In this document: positions 1 through 11,491 of the stretch, in pieces
Numbering within the stretch: the first letter of the stretch is position 1
Layout: each line of letters opens with the position of its first letter
Assembly: GCA_977018835.1 (NCBI GenBank)
Contig: OZ361257.1
Coordinates: 3,038,001 to 3,102,000, forward strand
Direction of reading: 5' to 3'
DNA from: Minutocellus sp. GHC0000111
Taxonomy: Eukaryota
Length of the DNA stretch: 64,000 nt
Position numbers and translations under genes: made by a program
The notes under the pieces: generated by a model
What the model saw: the letters and a program-made list of their open reading frames with translations, nothing else
Databases searched by the model: none
Told to the model about the DNA's origin: nothing

Positions 1-1229
1 GATCTAGATCTACGTTATTGATACTCGTTCTTACTGATGCAAATGAGGCTACCTATTCAATTGAATTTGGTTCTAACTTTTCATTGTGACAGATAGATTT
101 ACATGCAAGCTATGTTTAGCGGGAGACGACGACGACCACCACCACCACCACCCACCCTTTTTTGTGCGCCGTTTGTACGAATCGTAGTCTGTCCGTCGTC
201 AGTCAACCTAAGAAAATGACGTGTCTCGATGTCCCTCGTCATCCGCGCCACGTCCATGGATGATTCTGACGGCATCGGCAGGCGAACTCCACGCCGGTCA
301 CACCTTCTCTCGACCATCCACAAAACCCCGCAGCTAACCTCTCTGAAACTGCCTGCCGCGACGACACGAGCTGGTGGTTGCAATCGCATCATCAGAGCGA
401 CAAACAGCCCATCGAAGTTGTCGCTGCCTCCGCTCCCCTGCCTTGGTAAGCAGAAAGAGTGGGCTCAAACAAGTCCGTCCAGATGAAATGTTTGCAAGTG
501 AGAATGAAAAAATGCGGACGATGGGGGCGACACACCGCTGCCGCGGCAGGCATCAGAAGTTCTGGCCCCGAAGAGACTGAGAGAAGCAAATGAAAAACGC
601 GCCGATGCAGATCGACATGCAGCCAGCCGCCCCAATGCATGTGTAAAAAGAAGGCAAATATCATCGCCGAGTACTTTGGCATCGTGCTGCTGCAAGCATC
701 ATTGTTCGCATCCCCCACCACACAACACAAAAAATCGATCCGAGCACAAACTTTGGTGGCGGCAAAAGTTTGGATGCTGCCACAACTCCAAGGCGAGGCC
801 GGGAACGACGACAACGGCAACACAGCAATAACAAGCACATGGTGGAACACTCCAATGCAATTGTCTCATCAGACTCGTCATGCTGCTGGCGCCTCGAGCC
901 GGAGGAGGCATCCGTCTCATCATTCATCATCGTGGTCCACTTCGCCGATCATGTCTGCAACCGAACCACTATTTCCGGGTTGCATCCACTAGATCTCGCG
1001 AAGTCCAGTCAGCCGCTCGCTCGCTCCGTCTGTTTGTTTTACGTCATGGAAAGTCGGGATTTCTGAGATTGTCGTCATCACTTTTTGATTTTTCTGGAAT
1101 TCCCAAGGCCTCAAATGAATGGTCATCGCTTTCTGCCCTGCCTTTTTTCCCCTCGCTCGCCTGTCAACTCAACCTCTCACCATTTTCATACCCGAACACC
1201 TACACTTCATCGAATCCACATCGAATACA

Positions 1230-3188
1230 ATGAACAACAATAACATGAATCCCTTTGCCTCGCTCCAGTACAGCGATCCAATCCTCCAGCAGTACTATCT
1301 GACGGTTCAGCAGAGTCTGCTTGCCAAGTCTCTCGAGGGTGACACAACAACGAGCACAAAGGCCTCCAGCACGAACAGCAGCAGCAGAGATAGTGCGAGT
1401 GCAGCTCCCGCACCTGGCACAAAGAAGAATCGGGTGGTAAAGATGACCTCCTCCTTTTCGTTGTCGTCTTCTGCCGTCCCCGGCGTCAATGGAACGTCCG
1501 GCATCGCGAATAATGTCACTCCCATTCCCTCATCAGCGTCGTCTGTCACGAGCTACTCGGGGACTGCCAGCGGCAGCACAAGCGGAAGTGGGAGCGAGAG
1601 CGACGTTTCATCCCTCGCCGCCGCGGCCGCCGCCAACGCCAGGACACAGGCGGCGGCCATGGCCGTTGCGGCTCAGGTTGGGGCCCCCGTCTCGGCCGCG
1701 GCGGCCATGTTTGGGGGCAATCGTCAGGTCATGGCAGCCATGGCCATGACGCAGGCTGGTGGTGGGGAAATGAACATGTTCTCGGCCCAGGCCCAGGCAG
1801 CGGCCGCTGGATATAGCGCCCAGAATATGGTCTCGACTCCCCACCACCCTATCCCCGAATTTCTTTACCAGCTCACGAAGATGCTTACCGACGACAACAC
1901 CACCTACATCGAGTGGAAGGAGGGTAGAATTTTCGTGTACGACCCCCCCGGCCTCGCCGACAATGTCCTGCAACGCTACTTCCGCCACTCCAAGTATGCA
2001 TCGTTCCAGAGGCAGCTGAATTATTTCGGTTTCAGAAAAATCGCTGGGAAGGGAAAGATGAGTCCCTGCTCATACATCAACGAAAATACCACAAACGACA
2101 TTCGAAGTCTGCTCTTCATCAAGAGGAAGACGAACGGCCCCAAGGCTGCCCATGTGAAGAAAAGTGGCTCCTTGGGTGCGGCCGGCGATACTTCTTCGTT
2201 AGCCGCCGGTGGTAGGAAGAGGAAGGCAGCGGCCTCGAACAAGCCTCAGACCCGGGTCATCCCTCCCAGCGAGCCTGCGCCTACTAACCTCGTCGCTCAA
2301 GGTGGCAACCAACCGTATGAGGCAGTGTTTGCCCAGCAGCAGGCATTGCTGACGGCACAGCAGCAGCAGCAGCCGTTGACAGGAGCCCCCCCAAATTATG
2401 TTGGTGTCGGTGCCCCCTCCAACGCAGCTGCTTCCATGAGCACATCCGAAACTTTTCATTTCCCCTCCGACCAGGCGATGCAGCAGCTACAAAAGCAGCA
2501 GCAACAGCTCCAGTTGCTCCAGCAGCAGCAGCTCCAGCAGCAGAGGCAGCAGCTCGAAATCCTTCAGGCCCAGAACAATCAACAGGCCCAACATCAACAA
2601 GCCACTACTACAGCAGGTGCAGGCAGTACCAGTATGCCCTGCCCGGCGACCATGGCGATGAATGCCGCGTCAGCGGCCAATGCACTCGCCGGAGGAAACG
2701 GCGGAGGTCCCACAATCGGGGGTGGGAACAGCCTCTTCGGCTCTAGCGCCAACCTCGCCTCGCTCCTCAAGACCGATACTACCACGGCGGACGCCGGGAA
2801 TGGCGCCGCTCTGGGCGGTGCTCAGGGACCATCCCAGATGGGAATCGGAGGTGGCGTGGCTCCTCTATCTGCCGCCACCTCGTCGGCCTTTCTGTCGAGT
2901 CTACCGAGTTCGAACACCCTCTTCCCTGATAGTATGTCGAGTCTTTCTTTGAATCGTCTATTCACAGGTGCCACTCCTGCTCCAGGTGGTATGGGTGGAG
3001 GTGTGCCCTCCATGCTTGGGCTGAGCGGCTATTTCAGCGGGGAGAACTCTCTGTACAATCTGGCGATGGGACTTCCCGCCAATCAGTCATCTCAGGCCCT
3101 CCAAGCGATGGGCATGTCGGCCCCGGCAGCCTCGGAACCAAGCGCGCTTCCCGACGGAAACGACGCTGCCGCAAAAATCATGGGCTGA
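1230..3188 (+). CDS. Heat shock transcription factor (HSF DNA-binding domain), Q/A-rich
   Basis: The ORF contains [12 protein letters not shown]...IEW...[22 protein letters not shown], the HSF DNA-binding signature. The ATG at 1230 is preferred over 1119. Confidence 0.92.
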   Translation: MNNNNMNPFASLQYSDPILQQYYLTVQQSLLAKSLEGDTTTSTKASSTNSSSRDSASAAPAPGTKKNRVVKMTSSFSLSSSAVPGVNGTSGIANNVTPIPSSASSVTSYSGTASGSTSGSGSESDVSSLAAAAAANARTQAAAMAVAAQVGAPVSAAAAMFGGNRQVMAAMAMTQAGGGEMNMFSAQAQAAAAGYSAQNMVSTPHHPIPEFLYQLTKMLTDDNTTYIEWKEGRIFVYDPPGLADNVLQRYFRHSKYASFQRQLNYFGFRKIAGKGKMSPCSYINENTTNDIRSLLFIKRKTNGPKAAHVKKSGSLGAAGDTSSLAAGGRKRKAAASNKPQTRVIPPSEPAPTNLVAQGGNQPYEAVFAQQQALLTAQQQQQPLTGAPPNYVGVGAPSNAAASMSTSETFHFPSDQAMQQLQKQQQQLQLLQQQQLQQQRQQLEILQAQNNQQAQHQQATTTAGAGSTSMPCPATMAMNAASAANALAGGNGGGPTIGGGNSLFGSSANLASLLKTDTTTADAGNGAALGGAQGPSQMGIGGGVAPLSAATSSAFLSSLPSSNTLFPDSMSSLSLNRLFTGATPAPGGMGGGVPSMLGLSGYFSGENSLYNLAMGLPANQSSQALQAMGMSAPAASEPSALPDGNDAAAKIMG

Positions 3189-3568
3189 GCTCTGTTCTGC
3201 TCTTAGAATTACACACATAATGTTTTATACCAAAATAGATTTTTTGTCGTGGAATACTCTTACTAGCTACGTAGCTAACTACTACTAGCTAGAGCGATAC
3301 CCTCCTACCGGTATTGTACATTGTGGAATGTAGATCTAGCCGACTGGTACCCTATCGAGGTCAATTTCACAGACAGGGACGATGGTACAGCGAGCGTGGC
3401 TACGTAGCTGCTACATCTATCGGGATCTACGAAGCCTTATCTTTTTCCAAATACGAGTAAGGATGCCAAGTAAGACGTAGATCTACACATGTACAACCAT
3501 AAAATAGCATTATGTTACAATATTATTATTAGCCACAGAAAAGTGTGCCGAGGCCCCTTATTTACAGA

Positions 3569-5156
3569 TCATGTTGTGCCAAGAGAATGAGTCCTGATAT
3601 CGACGTAACTTTCCCCACCACTACTGGGTGGTGGAAAATCAAAAGTATCTGGAAAATCGACGAAGGTGAAGGAGCTGGGATTGGACGCCCCTCCTCCATC
3701 GATATCGACGTCGCCGGTATCAGGAAAAGGAAGAGTTGGGAGCATCGCAAAATCAACGAGAGAATCATTTCGGGTGAGCATACTGCCCGGGGCAGAAGCA
3801 GGGGCGGGAATAATATCGTCCTGTACGGGAGCGGCGGAGGCTGGAGCGTCACTTTCATCATGCGCCTTGAGGTAGTTGCTGGTAAGCTGGGAAAGGCTGC
3901 TTTCTACGCCCATTCCCAGCTGAGATGGATCTAAGAAGGGCATACTCGACAGAGCAGTGTTACCGGCGACAGAATTGGCGGTCGAGGAAGGGGCAGAGTA
4001 GCCATGACGAATGCCTTTGCCCACAGCGGCTTGGGCCAGCGTTGCCTGCTCACTTCCCCTCGCGGCAGATGACTTGAGGAACCCTTTGAGCTGATGCTTG
4101 ACGCCACCACTTTTGGCGATCTTGAAGGCAGGGATATTCTTATTCGACTTGCCTCCGCTGTTACTCCGAGCTCGCTTTGCGGAACTTGGTGCACCGGATT
4201 TGCTGGGAGACTTGAGACTCTTCGACGAGACCTTCCTGTCGGCGGCGGAGGGCTTTTCTTTCGGTATGCTAACCTTCCTCTGTAAGAGACGACGAAGAAA
4301 AAAAGAATTGAAGTGATGTGGTATTAGGATCAGATTCCAGATGGGTCAATTACTTGATCAAATGTACCAAAAAGACTAGATGGACGTACCTTGATAGTAA
4401 GCAGACACTCGATATCTGGAGTGACCTCGTCATTGATATAAGTACAAGGCGCCATCTTGCCCTTTCCATTTAGCTTTCTCCAGCCAAAGTAATTGAGCTG
4501 CCTTTGAAAGGAGGCATACTTGGAATGACGAAAATACTTTTTGAGAACATTGGCCTCAAGCTTGTGTGGGTTATGGACCTCTATTCGACCTGCATAAGAA
4601 AAGTGTATGAAAGGGTACATGTATGAAAAGATATGGTGAGAGCATGCGGACGAGGTGGAGAACGCGAGAAAGATTCTTTTCGATCTCATTTTCTAATTTG
4701 TAAACAAAAACATGCAAAGCTTGTCTCACCATAATTCCACTCGATTGCATCTCGATTATCGTCGGTGAGTAACTTTGTTAGCTGGTAGAGGAACTCGGGG
4801 ATAGTGTTCGCAGCGGCCTGCCCATCTGTTGCGCTTCCCTGACCATCGGCATCACTTGGAGTTTTCACTGGCTTTGAGGCAGCAGGAGCTGTGTCTGAGT
4901 GTGGGACGCCAGGATGGCTTAGACCAACCGACGACGATGCATAGGGATCGACTGAACCAAAGTCATCGAAATCAAAATGATCCAGTCCTCCTACCATCGC
5001 CTCGTTCGGATGTGCAGCTGCGGCTGCTGCTGCGCCAACCCCGGACACGGCTGCCGACTCGAGCGACGACGTTGACACTGTCGCCGGCTTCAAGACAGAT
5101 GTGAACATCTGCTCGGCTGCCGTGGCTGTCTTTCGCTTTGGTCGTGTGTTTGGCAT
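3569..5156 (-). CDS. Heat shock transcription factor paralog, 3 exons (5156-4730, 4589-4390, 4279-3569)
   Basis: The HSF domain [12 protein letters not shown]...[21 protein letters not shown] is reconstituted across GT-AG introns 4729-4590 and 4389-4280, and the exons join in frame. Confidence 0.9.
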
Positions 5157-5961
5157 TTTAATTGGGCCGATTCAAACTGAATGAGTGATGATAAGTGATG
5201 GATACGAGAGACAGCGTATTACGGTATGAAGGAGGAGGGGGTTGGAGGACGTGTAAGTGAGCGGCGGATAGATATAGAGAGAGAAAAGAAAACAACCAAA
5301 GGGATCTGCACTCAACAGTAAAAGGTCAAGGCCGGGCCGTCGTGTTCAGTCATGGTGTGATTCTCTGACGACCCAAGTCCTATCCTCTATCCACACAAAC
5401 TCCTATGGTAAAGGGATCAAAGTAGACAGCGACTTCTCCCGCCAAAAGTGCTCAGCGATAGATCGTAAACGACGACGGTACAATGATACACCGAGAAGGC
5501 AATCTACCACGAAGGTTCGTATCTCACCAATCAATCGAGGCATAGAGGCGGCCAATACATGCAGCTCTCCTCCAATGCGTCATGAGTTGCCGTGCTCGCA
5601 GTCCTCGGCCATCTGTTTTGCTCTGAGCTGGTTTTGCCAAAATCCCGGTTCATTCTGAGTCAGCTTCCGGGTTGCTACAGTACGATCAAACGTGTGCTCG
5701 CCTCGCTATTTTTTCAAGAGCAAATGAAGCATTTTTTGAGGAGGAGGAGGAATCCATCCCTGTCAACCAATACTGTAAAGGGATAATACATGTAGGAATT
5801 AGAAGAGAGCACTGGCGGTAGAGTCCTTTGTTTTAAAAAGAATTCGTTGAGATTAGAATCTATTCAGGCAACTCGTCTATATTTTCCCCCCATTCCATCA
5901 CCACCATTGCGGACCGACCGATCTCCAGTCTTGTCAAACAAGAAAAAGCTGATGTCTAGAT

Positions 5962-6918
5962 CTAACTCCCACGATAGGTGGAAAAGCTCCAAGGGCTGAC
6001 AAGGAGCGGGACGTGATAGTGCTCAGTGGGGTCATCGATGCCAAAGCGTATGGGCACCTCATCCAAAAACGGTGTTCCCGAGATGTGCGTGCCCTTTCGT
6101 GCAAAGTAATCTCCCACGTAAAAGGTCCATTCGTAGACACCAACCTGAAAATCCCCCCCCTTCAGAGCTGGTCCACCAGGCAAACGGCCATCATCGTTTG
6201 TTACAAATTCCGCAACAAGTCCCGCCGATTCAGGTGGGGACAGTCGATGGAGCTCAACCCTCATATCGGCCGCGGGACAACCATTGGCTGTGTCGAGGAC
6301 GTGGCATGTCAGAAATCCGCTTGGATCGGGCGTATCGATCGCGGTCAATAGTCGCATCCAGGCAATCTTGTGAACTTGTGCCAAGGCAGCGGCGAATTCG
6401 ACCTCTGCACTGTTATTGATCCGACCCTCGATGGCTGCCAACACCGTATGCTTGGAGGCATTCCGAACAGCCAAGATGAAGGGAAAGCCAAACTTGGTCC
6501 GATACTCTTCGTTCAACGATAGGAATTTTGTCCGTTCCTCCTCAGTAAGAGTGTCCAGGCCAGCCCTGCTCTGCTCTTCTTGACTTTCCTTCGTTAGAGT
6601 CTTGAGCTTTTCCACCTTGGCGGCAAGATCTGGATGAGCCCTGAGCAATTCCATCTTCTGATCCTGCGATGCATAATCAACAATGGCAGACATGGAATCA
6701 AACAGGTGCCGAACATGCTCGATACCGTTGCCGTCACTGCTGCCGCTGGTCGCAGCTGCATTGTCCGCGCCGCAATTGGCAATCTTTGACTCGTAGAATG
6801 CCTCGGCAACCCACGGAGAGTGCTCGTATATCCCACCCAGAACCGACAGGATCGTGTCCTTGTCCCCCTCCAAAAGGTTGAGGACGGTGACGGAAGAAGT
6901 GGAAGCGGAAGCGGACAT
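5962..6918 (-). CDS. Bifunctional OHCU decarboxylase / 5-hydroxyisourate hydrolase (allantoin synthase, Urad-Urah fusion)
   Basis: The N-terminal part has YEHSPWVA, AHPDLA, SQEEQSRAGL and KFGFPFILAV. The C-terminal transthyretin-like domain has LTCHVLDTANGCPA...HYHVPLLVSPWSFSTYRGS. Confidence 0.95.
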   Translation of the reverse strand: MSASASTSSVTVLNLLEGDKDTILSVLGGIYEHSPWVAEAFYESKIANCGADNAAATSGSSDGNGIEHVRHLFDSMSAIVDYASQDQKMELLRAHPDLAAKVEKLKTLTKESQEEQSRAGLDTLTEEERTKFLSLNEEYRTKFGFPFILAVRNASKHTVLAAIEGRINNSAEVEFAAALAQVHKIAWMRLLTAIDTPDPSGFLTCHVLDTANGCPAADMRVELHRLSPPESAGLVAEFVTNDDGRLPGGPALKGGDFQVGVYEWTFYVGDYFARKGTHISGTPFLDEVPIRFGIDDPTEHYHVPLLVSPWSFSTYRGS

Positions 6919-7175
6919 GATGATGGAAAAGGATATGGCGAGCACAAAAAGAAATCGAACAAAAGTACACGTCGTAAAGCTGTTGTGAATACGATCGTTT
7001 GCTTTCATCTTGGGGACTGCTGAAGGAGATTATTCTTCGACGCAGTAAAAGTGCCACGCGCGGAGAGAATTTTGCCGGCGTAGATCCGTATCCGCCCGGC
7101 AGAAATTTGTTCGCCGAGTAAGCAGATACGTACGTTTCTACTAAAACTTAGTCCCGTAATTAATTTAGTCTCGTC

Positions 7176-9626
7176 ATGAACACGAGTGAAAATAGAAGCG
7201 GTATCGCCCTCGATCCACTCTCGCCCAACGCTCGCCCCCCCCCCCCCCGGCTACAAACCATGGTCATGTGCGCGCACCAACAAGCGCCGGTCCGAGATAA
7301 GCAGGAAGCAGGTAGGCTGATGCGTGGAAGACGGCGGCGATCTCCGCCGTCCACCGGCCTCGTTTGGCTGCCCTTGTCACTTACCTTTATGGGCAGTGCA
7401 GTGCGTTATGCCTATGCCACCATGCCACCCTATCCCCTCTCGTTTGGTCGGCACACACAGCCCGACGGCACCGACACTGGTGATCTCTTCCTGCGGGGAA
7501 CACCCGAAGAGCACAATGTTCGTGTGGAGGATAGCAATGGCTTCACCCTCCTTCGGGACGACGCCGACGTCGCCAACAGCTACTACAGTTATGCCATGCG
7601 CGACCCCGCCACCGGAGAACTTGTCTCGAGTCGGTGCGTCGTTGGGCGGTGCGACCCCGCCAAGGAGGGCTTTGTCCCACACGTCCAGCCCGACGATCGT
7701 GCAAGGAGGCGTCTCGCGGATGTGACTGGCTTTGGGATGCAGAATACTCGACGACAGCGGCGCTCCCCGTCGCGGTCTCTCATGGCCACTTCCAGGAGGA
7801 CAGGGGGAGAGCCGGAGGTTCTGAAGAACCTTGTCTTGCTACTTAGATTTGCCGATCACATGGACCGGGACATCCCCAGCAGAGAAGATTATGACATTCT
7901 GTTCAATACGATCGGTGCTAATCCAGAAGATCATCCCCAATGCCCCACTGGCTCTGTTCGAGATTATTTTCTCCTCAACTCGCAAAATAAATTTGACGTT
8001 CAATCGGAAGTGTTTGAGTGGGTCAATCTACCCCATTCCGAGGCATACTACGCAGACAACTACTACGGAGTTACTGGTATCATGCAGGAAGAGGGAATTG
8101 GATATGGACTTGCAGAGATTGAGAATCGTCTCATCGCCATGGGAAGATCCTTCACTGAGTTTGACACCGACGGAGATCGATGGATCGACTCCATTACCGT
8201 GATTCATTCTGGCTACGATGCCTCACAAGCGGAATCTGATTGTCACAACGACAGGCCCAAGGAGAGTCGGCTGTGGTCTCACAAGTGGGCTATCCCGGGA
8301 GACTGGGTTTCCCAGGCGCGCGTGCGGGTTGGTGATTACAACTTGAACGCTGGCCTTTGGGGAAACTGCGGAAGTGAAATATGCCGACCTGCAGTCATTT
8401 GCCACGAGACGAGTCACTTTTTGGGCCTGCCTGATCTCTATGATGGATCTGGAGGCAATGGTACGTAAAAGGAAGGTGTTTGGCTATTGTTCGACATGAG
8501 TGGGGATCATTTGGTATCATAATTGTCATTGCTCCCTGCCCTCTGACTCACAACATTATTCTCTTTACCAACAAATCACAATAGGTTTGGGTTCCTGGGA
8601 ATTGATGGGGAACGCTTGGGGATTCGACGGTTCTCAACGCTATCCGCCAAGTCTCATGCCGTATCATAAAGCATTATTGAATTGGATTGATCCAGTAGAA
8701 ATTGTTGAGGAAGGAACAATACCCTACCAGCGTCTCACGATGCAGATTTTGTCTACGTCATCCAGATGGGCCCAAAAGGTGAATACCTCATGCTGGAGAA
8801 TCGACAACGCCACTCCTTCGAGGCTAAAGTTCCCGAGGGTCTTTTGATATACCACATCGACGAGACCGCTACGAACTACTACGAAGGATTTCCAGATATG
8901 GGAGGGTGGCCCGAGAACGGCAAACACTACAAATACTCGGTAATTGGGGCAGATGGCCGGTACGATTTGGAGAGAGGCAGATGCTTTGGTGACGACGGCG
9001 ATGTATTTCGACATGATTCAGTCAATGGCATTGGGCCGTATGGTACCATTTCCGTCGATGGAACTCTAAAGGCTCCGTACCCAAGAACAATGAGTTACCG
9101 AGGCGGGATAATTCAAGCGACAGGTCACTACATTCTGAACGTCAGTGCACCCGATGCCAACAATTCGATCTCGTTTACATTCAAGACCTGTCTCGAGTGC
9201 GGATTCAATGGTAATGGGACGGCGGCCCCAACGTCGTTGCCGCCGACGATTAGTCCAACAGATGCTCCAACTTTGGGCCCAACATTGAGGCCAACAGCAG
9301 CACCCATTGCTATCGAAAGTAGTAGCGATGACGCCGACGATGAATCTGCGACTCCAAGCCCAAGTCGGTACCCTACTCCCATCATTGGTCGTAATTCCTT
9401 CGATGATGCGAAAAATGAACGCGAAGGAAGCGGGGCACAGCCAAGCCTAACAAACTCTATTGATTCGTCCACCCCAAGTCCTGATGCATCAGTACGCAGA
9501 GAGGAGGCGATGCTTTCTTCATCAAGCTCTCTCGAATCATCTTCTTCGGCCTTCAGTGCTACTCGGAAGGCATTCCCCTTCTGTCTTTTGGCGCTTATTC
9601 CCTTCATTTTCTATAGCATATCGTAG
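7176..9626 (+). CDS. M6 family (immune inhibitor A-like) zinc metalloprotease; intron 8461-8584, apparent 1-bp frameshift near 8720; start codon uncertain
   Basis: Motifs HETSHFLGLPDLYD (HExxHxxGxxD), GLGSWELM, YLMLENRQ and GLLIYHIDE are present, followed by a Pro/Thr/Ser stalk and a hydrophobic C-terminal tail. Confidence 0.85.
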
Positions 9627-9851
9627 TTTGATAACCAAAGATTAAAAAATATGTGCAATCTATTACATTACGCATGTACAAAAAGATAACTAGGCGGGCC
9701 CTCGTATCGTGTGTTGCTTTGTTCATCTCCAAAAATTCTGTGAAATAGTACGCTTCAACCTTCTACCGGTACCGTATGCGCTGTACAAAAGGTGTCTGCT
9801 TCACCAAAATTCCTCCCGATTTTCAGGTCCTGTCTACTCTATGCCACCTCT

Positions 9852-10808
9852 TCACGCCGCCTTTGGAACATCACTCTTTCGAATTACTTGTGGAGAAGAT
9901 GAACCGCCCTCTCTCCTCAATTTGTCTTGATTGTAGTCAAACATTTGAGCCTGATACCTTTTAAGATCAAAACTTGCAATCTTTCGGTAGTATTGAATTT
10001 GATCGGCCGGCAGGGATCGCCAGCGACTAGCAATTGTCTTGGCGAGCTCTTGAAATGACACGACTCCGTGTCTCTTACGATGTGGCCTCCGACGCCCTTC
10101 ATTCGGTGGCAATTTTTGTCGCTCTAGCATTTCTCTCACCGGCTCAGACATTTCGATGTCATAGTCGATATTACAAGTTTTCTCCCACTTCACATTCTTG
10201 ATAGGACCTGCGGCTGTCGTTGATTCCACGGCAGTTCCAGCCTCTTCCTGTTTTTGCTGAAGGATTTTCTCTCTCTCGTCAATGTAGAAGTAGTTGTATG
10301 CCGAAAGTGGACGACGCGGAGCATCGTCAGGAGACTTCTTCTTCGTCTTGGAAGGTGTCTTGTTAGATTTCTTCTTCTTGGTTTCACAAGAAGACTTGTC
10401 TCCTTGCTCTTTCGACGTAACACTCGGCGCTTGCACTGGAACTGGCACTGTAGCATGTGACGTGGACGGATGCTCCCTTCGGACGATTGTTTCATGAGGT
10501 TGCATGAAACCTGGAGAGTGAGAACCGGAGTGAGCACTGAGAATCGCGGTAAGGTCTTCCAACTGGGCGCGAGCAATTTGAGCCTGGAGATGATCCCTAG
10601 CCGAAACAAGTGAAGCTTCCCTCGCCCGAATGGCAAGGACGATGGTATTCCTATCCATTTGGCTGTTGTAATTTTGCATCATTGAGCCATCGATTGCGGC
10701 AACGTTTAGTGGTGGGAGCATACATGTGGCATCGATGGCGAGAGCCTGTGCACCATAGATGGAGGAATTCGTGACGGCATTTGTGGGCAGAAGGCCAGAA
10801 TTCAGCAT
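9852..10808 (-). CDS. HMG-box protein (split, diatom-type HMG box)
   Basis: PRRPLSAYNYFYIDEREKI ... HGVVSFQELAKTIASRWRSL...YYRKIA..DLKRY. ATG at 10808. Confidence 0.88.
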   Translation of the reverse strand: MLNSGLLPTNAVTNSSIYGAQALAIDATCMLPPLNVAAIDGSMMQNYNSQMDRNTIVLAIRAREASLVSARDHLQAQIARAQLEDLTAILSAHSGSHSPGFMQPHETIVRREHPSTSHATVPVPVQAPSVTSKEQGDKSSCETKKKKSNKTPSKTKKKSPDDAPRRPLSAYNYFYIDEREKILQQKQEEAGTAVESTTAAGPIKNVKWEKTCNIDYDIEMSEPVREMLERQKLPPNEGRRRPHRKRHGVVSFQELAKTIASRWRSLPADQIQYYRKIASFDLKRYQAQMFDYNQDKLRREGGSSSPQVIRKSDVPKAA

Positions 10809-10990
10809 GGCGAGCCAGTATCTTACCAGACCCTCCTCATCACGTGCATCGCCGGGGTCAGAGCGGCACACAAAAATAAATAACCGCAGAGGAGTGCACG
10901 AGCGAATTCCAGCGAAGCCCGACTGCAGGCCTACTGCAGTGCCTCGATCCTCTCGACGATACCAAATAAATAATACTCGCCGAGACACAA

Positions 10991-11458
10991 ATGTCTGCCA
11001 GTGGCATGCTCTACGGCCCTCCCGTCCCGGCCTCAGGCGCCGCCGCCGAGTCTCTCGCTTCCGCCGGCCATCGCGCGGCCATGAGCTTTCCCGTCGGAAA
11101 GCCCATCTCCCTCGCGGAGGCGTCGGCCGACGTGCAGCAGGCCGTGAGGGCCGCACAGGAGCAGGCCAAGGCCGCCATGGTCGCCGAAGCACAGCTTGCC
11201 AGCATGGCCAAGGCCAAGGCCAAGGCGGCCGCAGCGGCAGCAGCGGCGGTGACGTCTCCCGCCATTAGCGGCCTGACCGGCTTGGCCGCGGCCGACGGTG
11301 TCACGGCAGCCGCCAATACTGCCGCTGCCGCAGCCAATCGCCGAGCTGTGGCCATGGCAGCCGCTGCCGGATCACCGACATTGGCTTCGATCCAGGGTAT
11401 GTCGGCTCCGATGGTTTCGTCCGCGTTCGCCCGGCAGCAACAGCAGCAGCTCCTCCAG

Positions 11459-11491
<33 letters not shown>

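Noticed and set aside
99..1100. Short overlapping ORFs upstream of the first HSF
   Set aside because: No recognisable domain or consistent frame was found.
10809..11192. Overlap of the two divergent HMG ORFs as listed in the ORF track
   Set aside because: The extension depends on a non-ATG start. The first ATG at 10808 removes the overlap.
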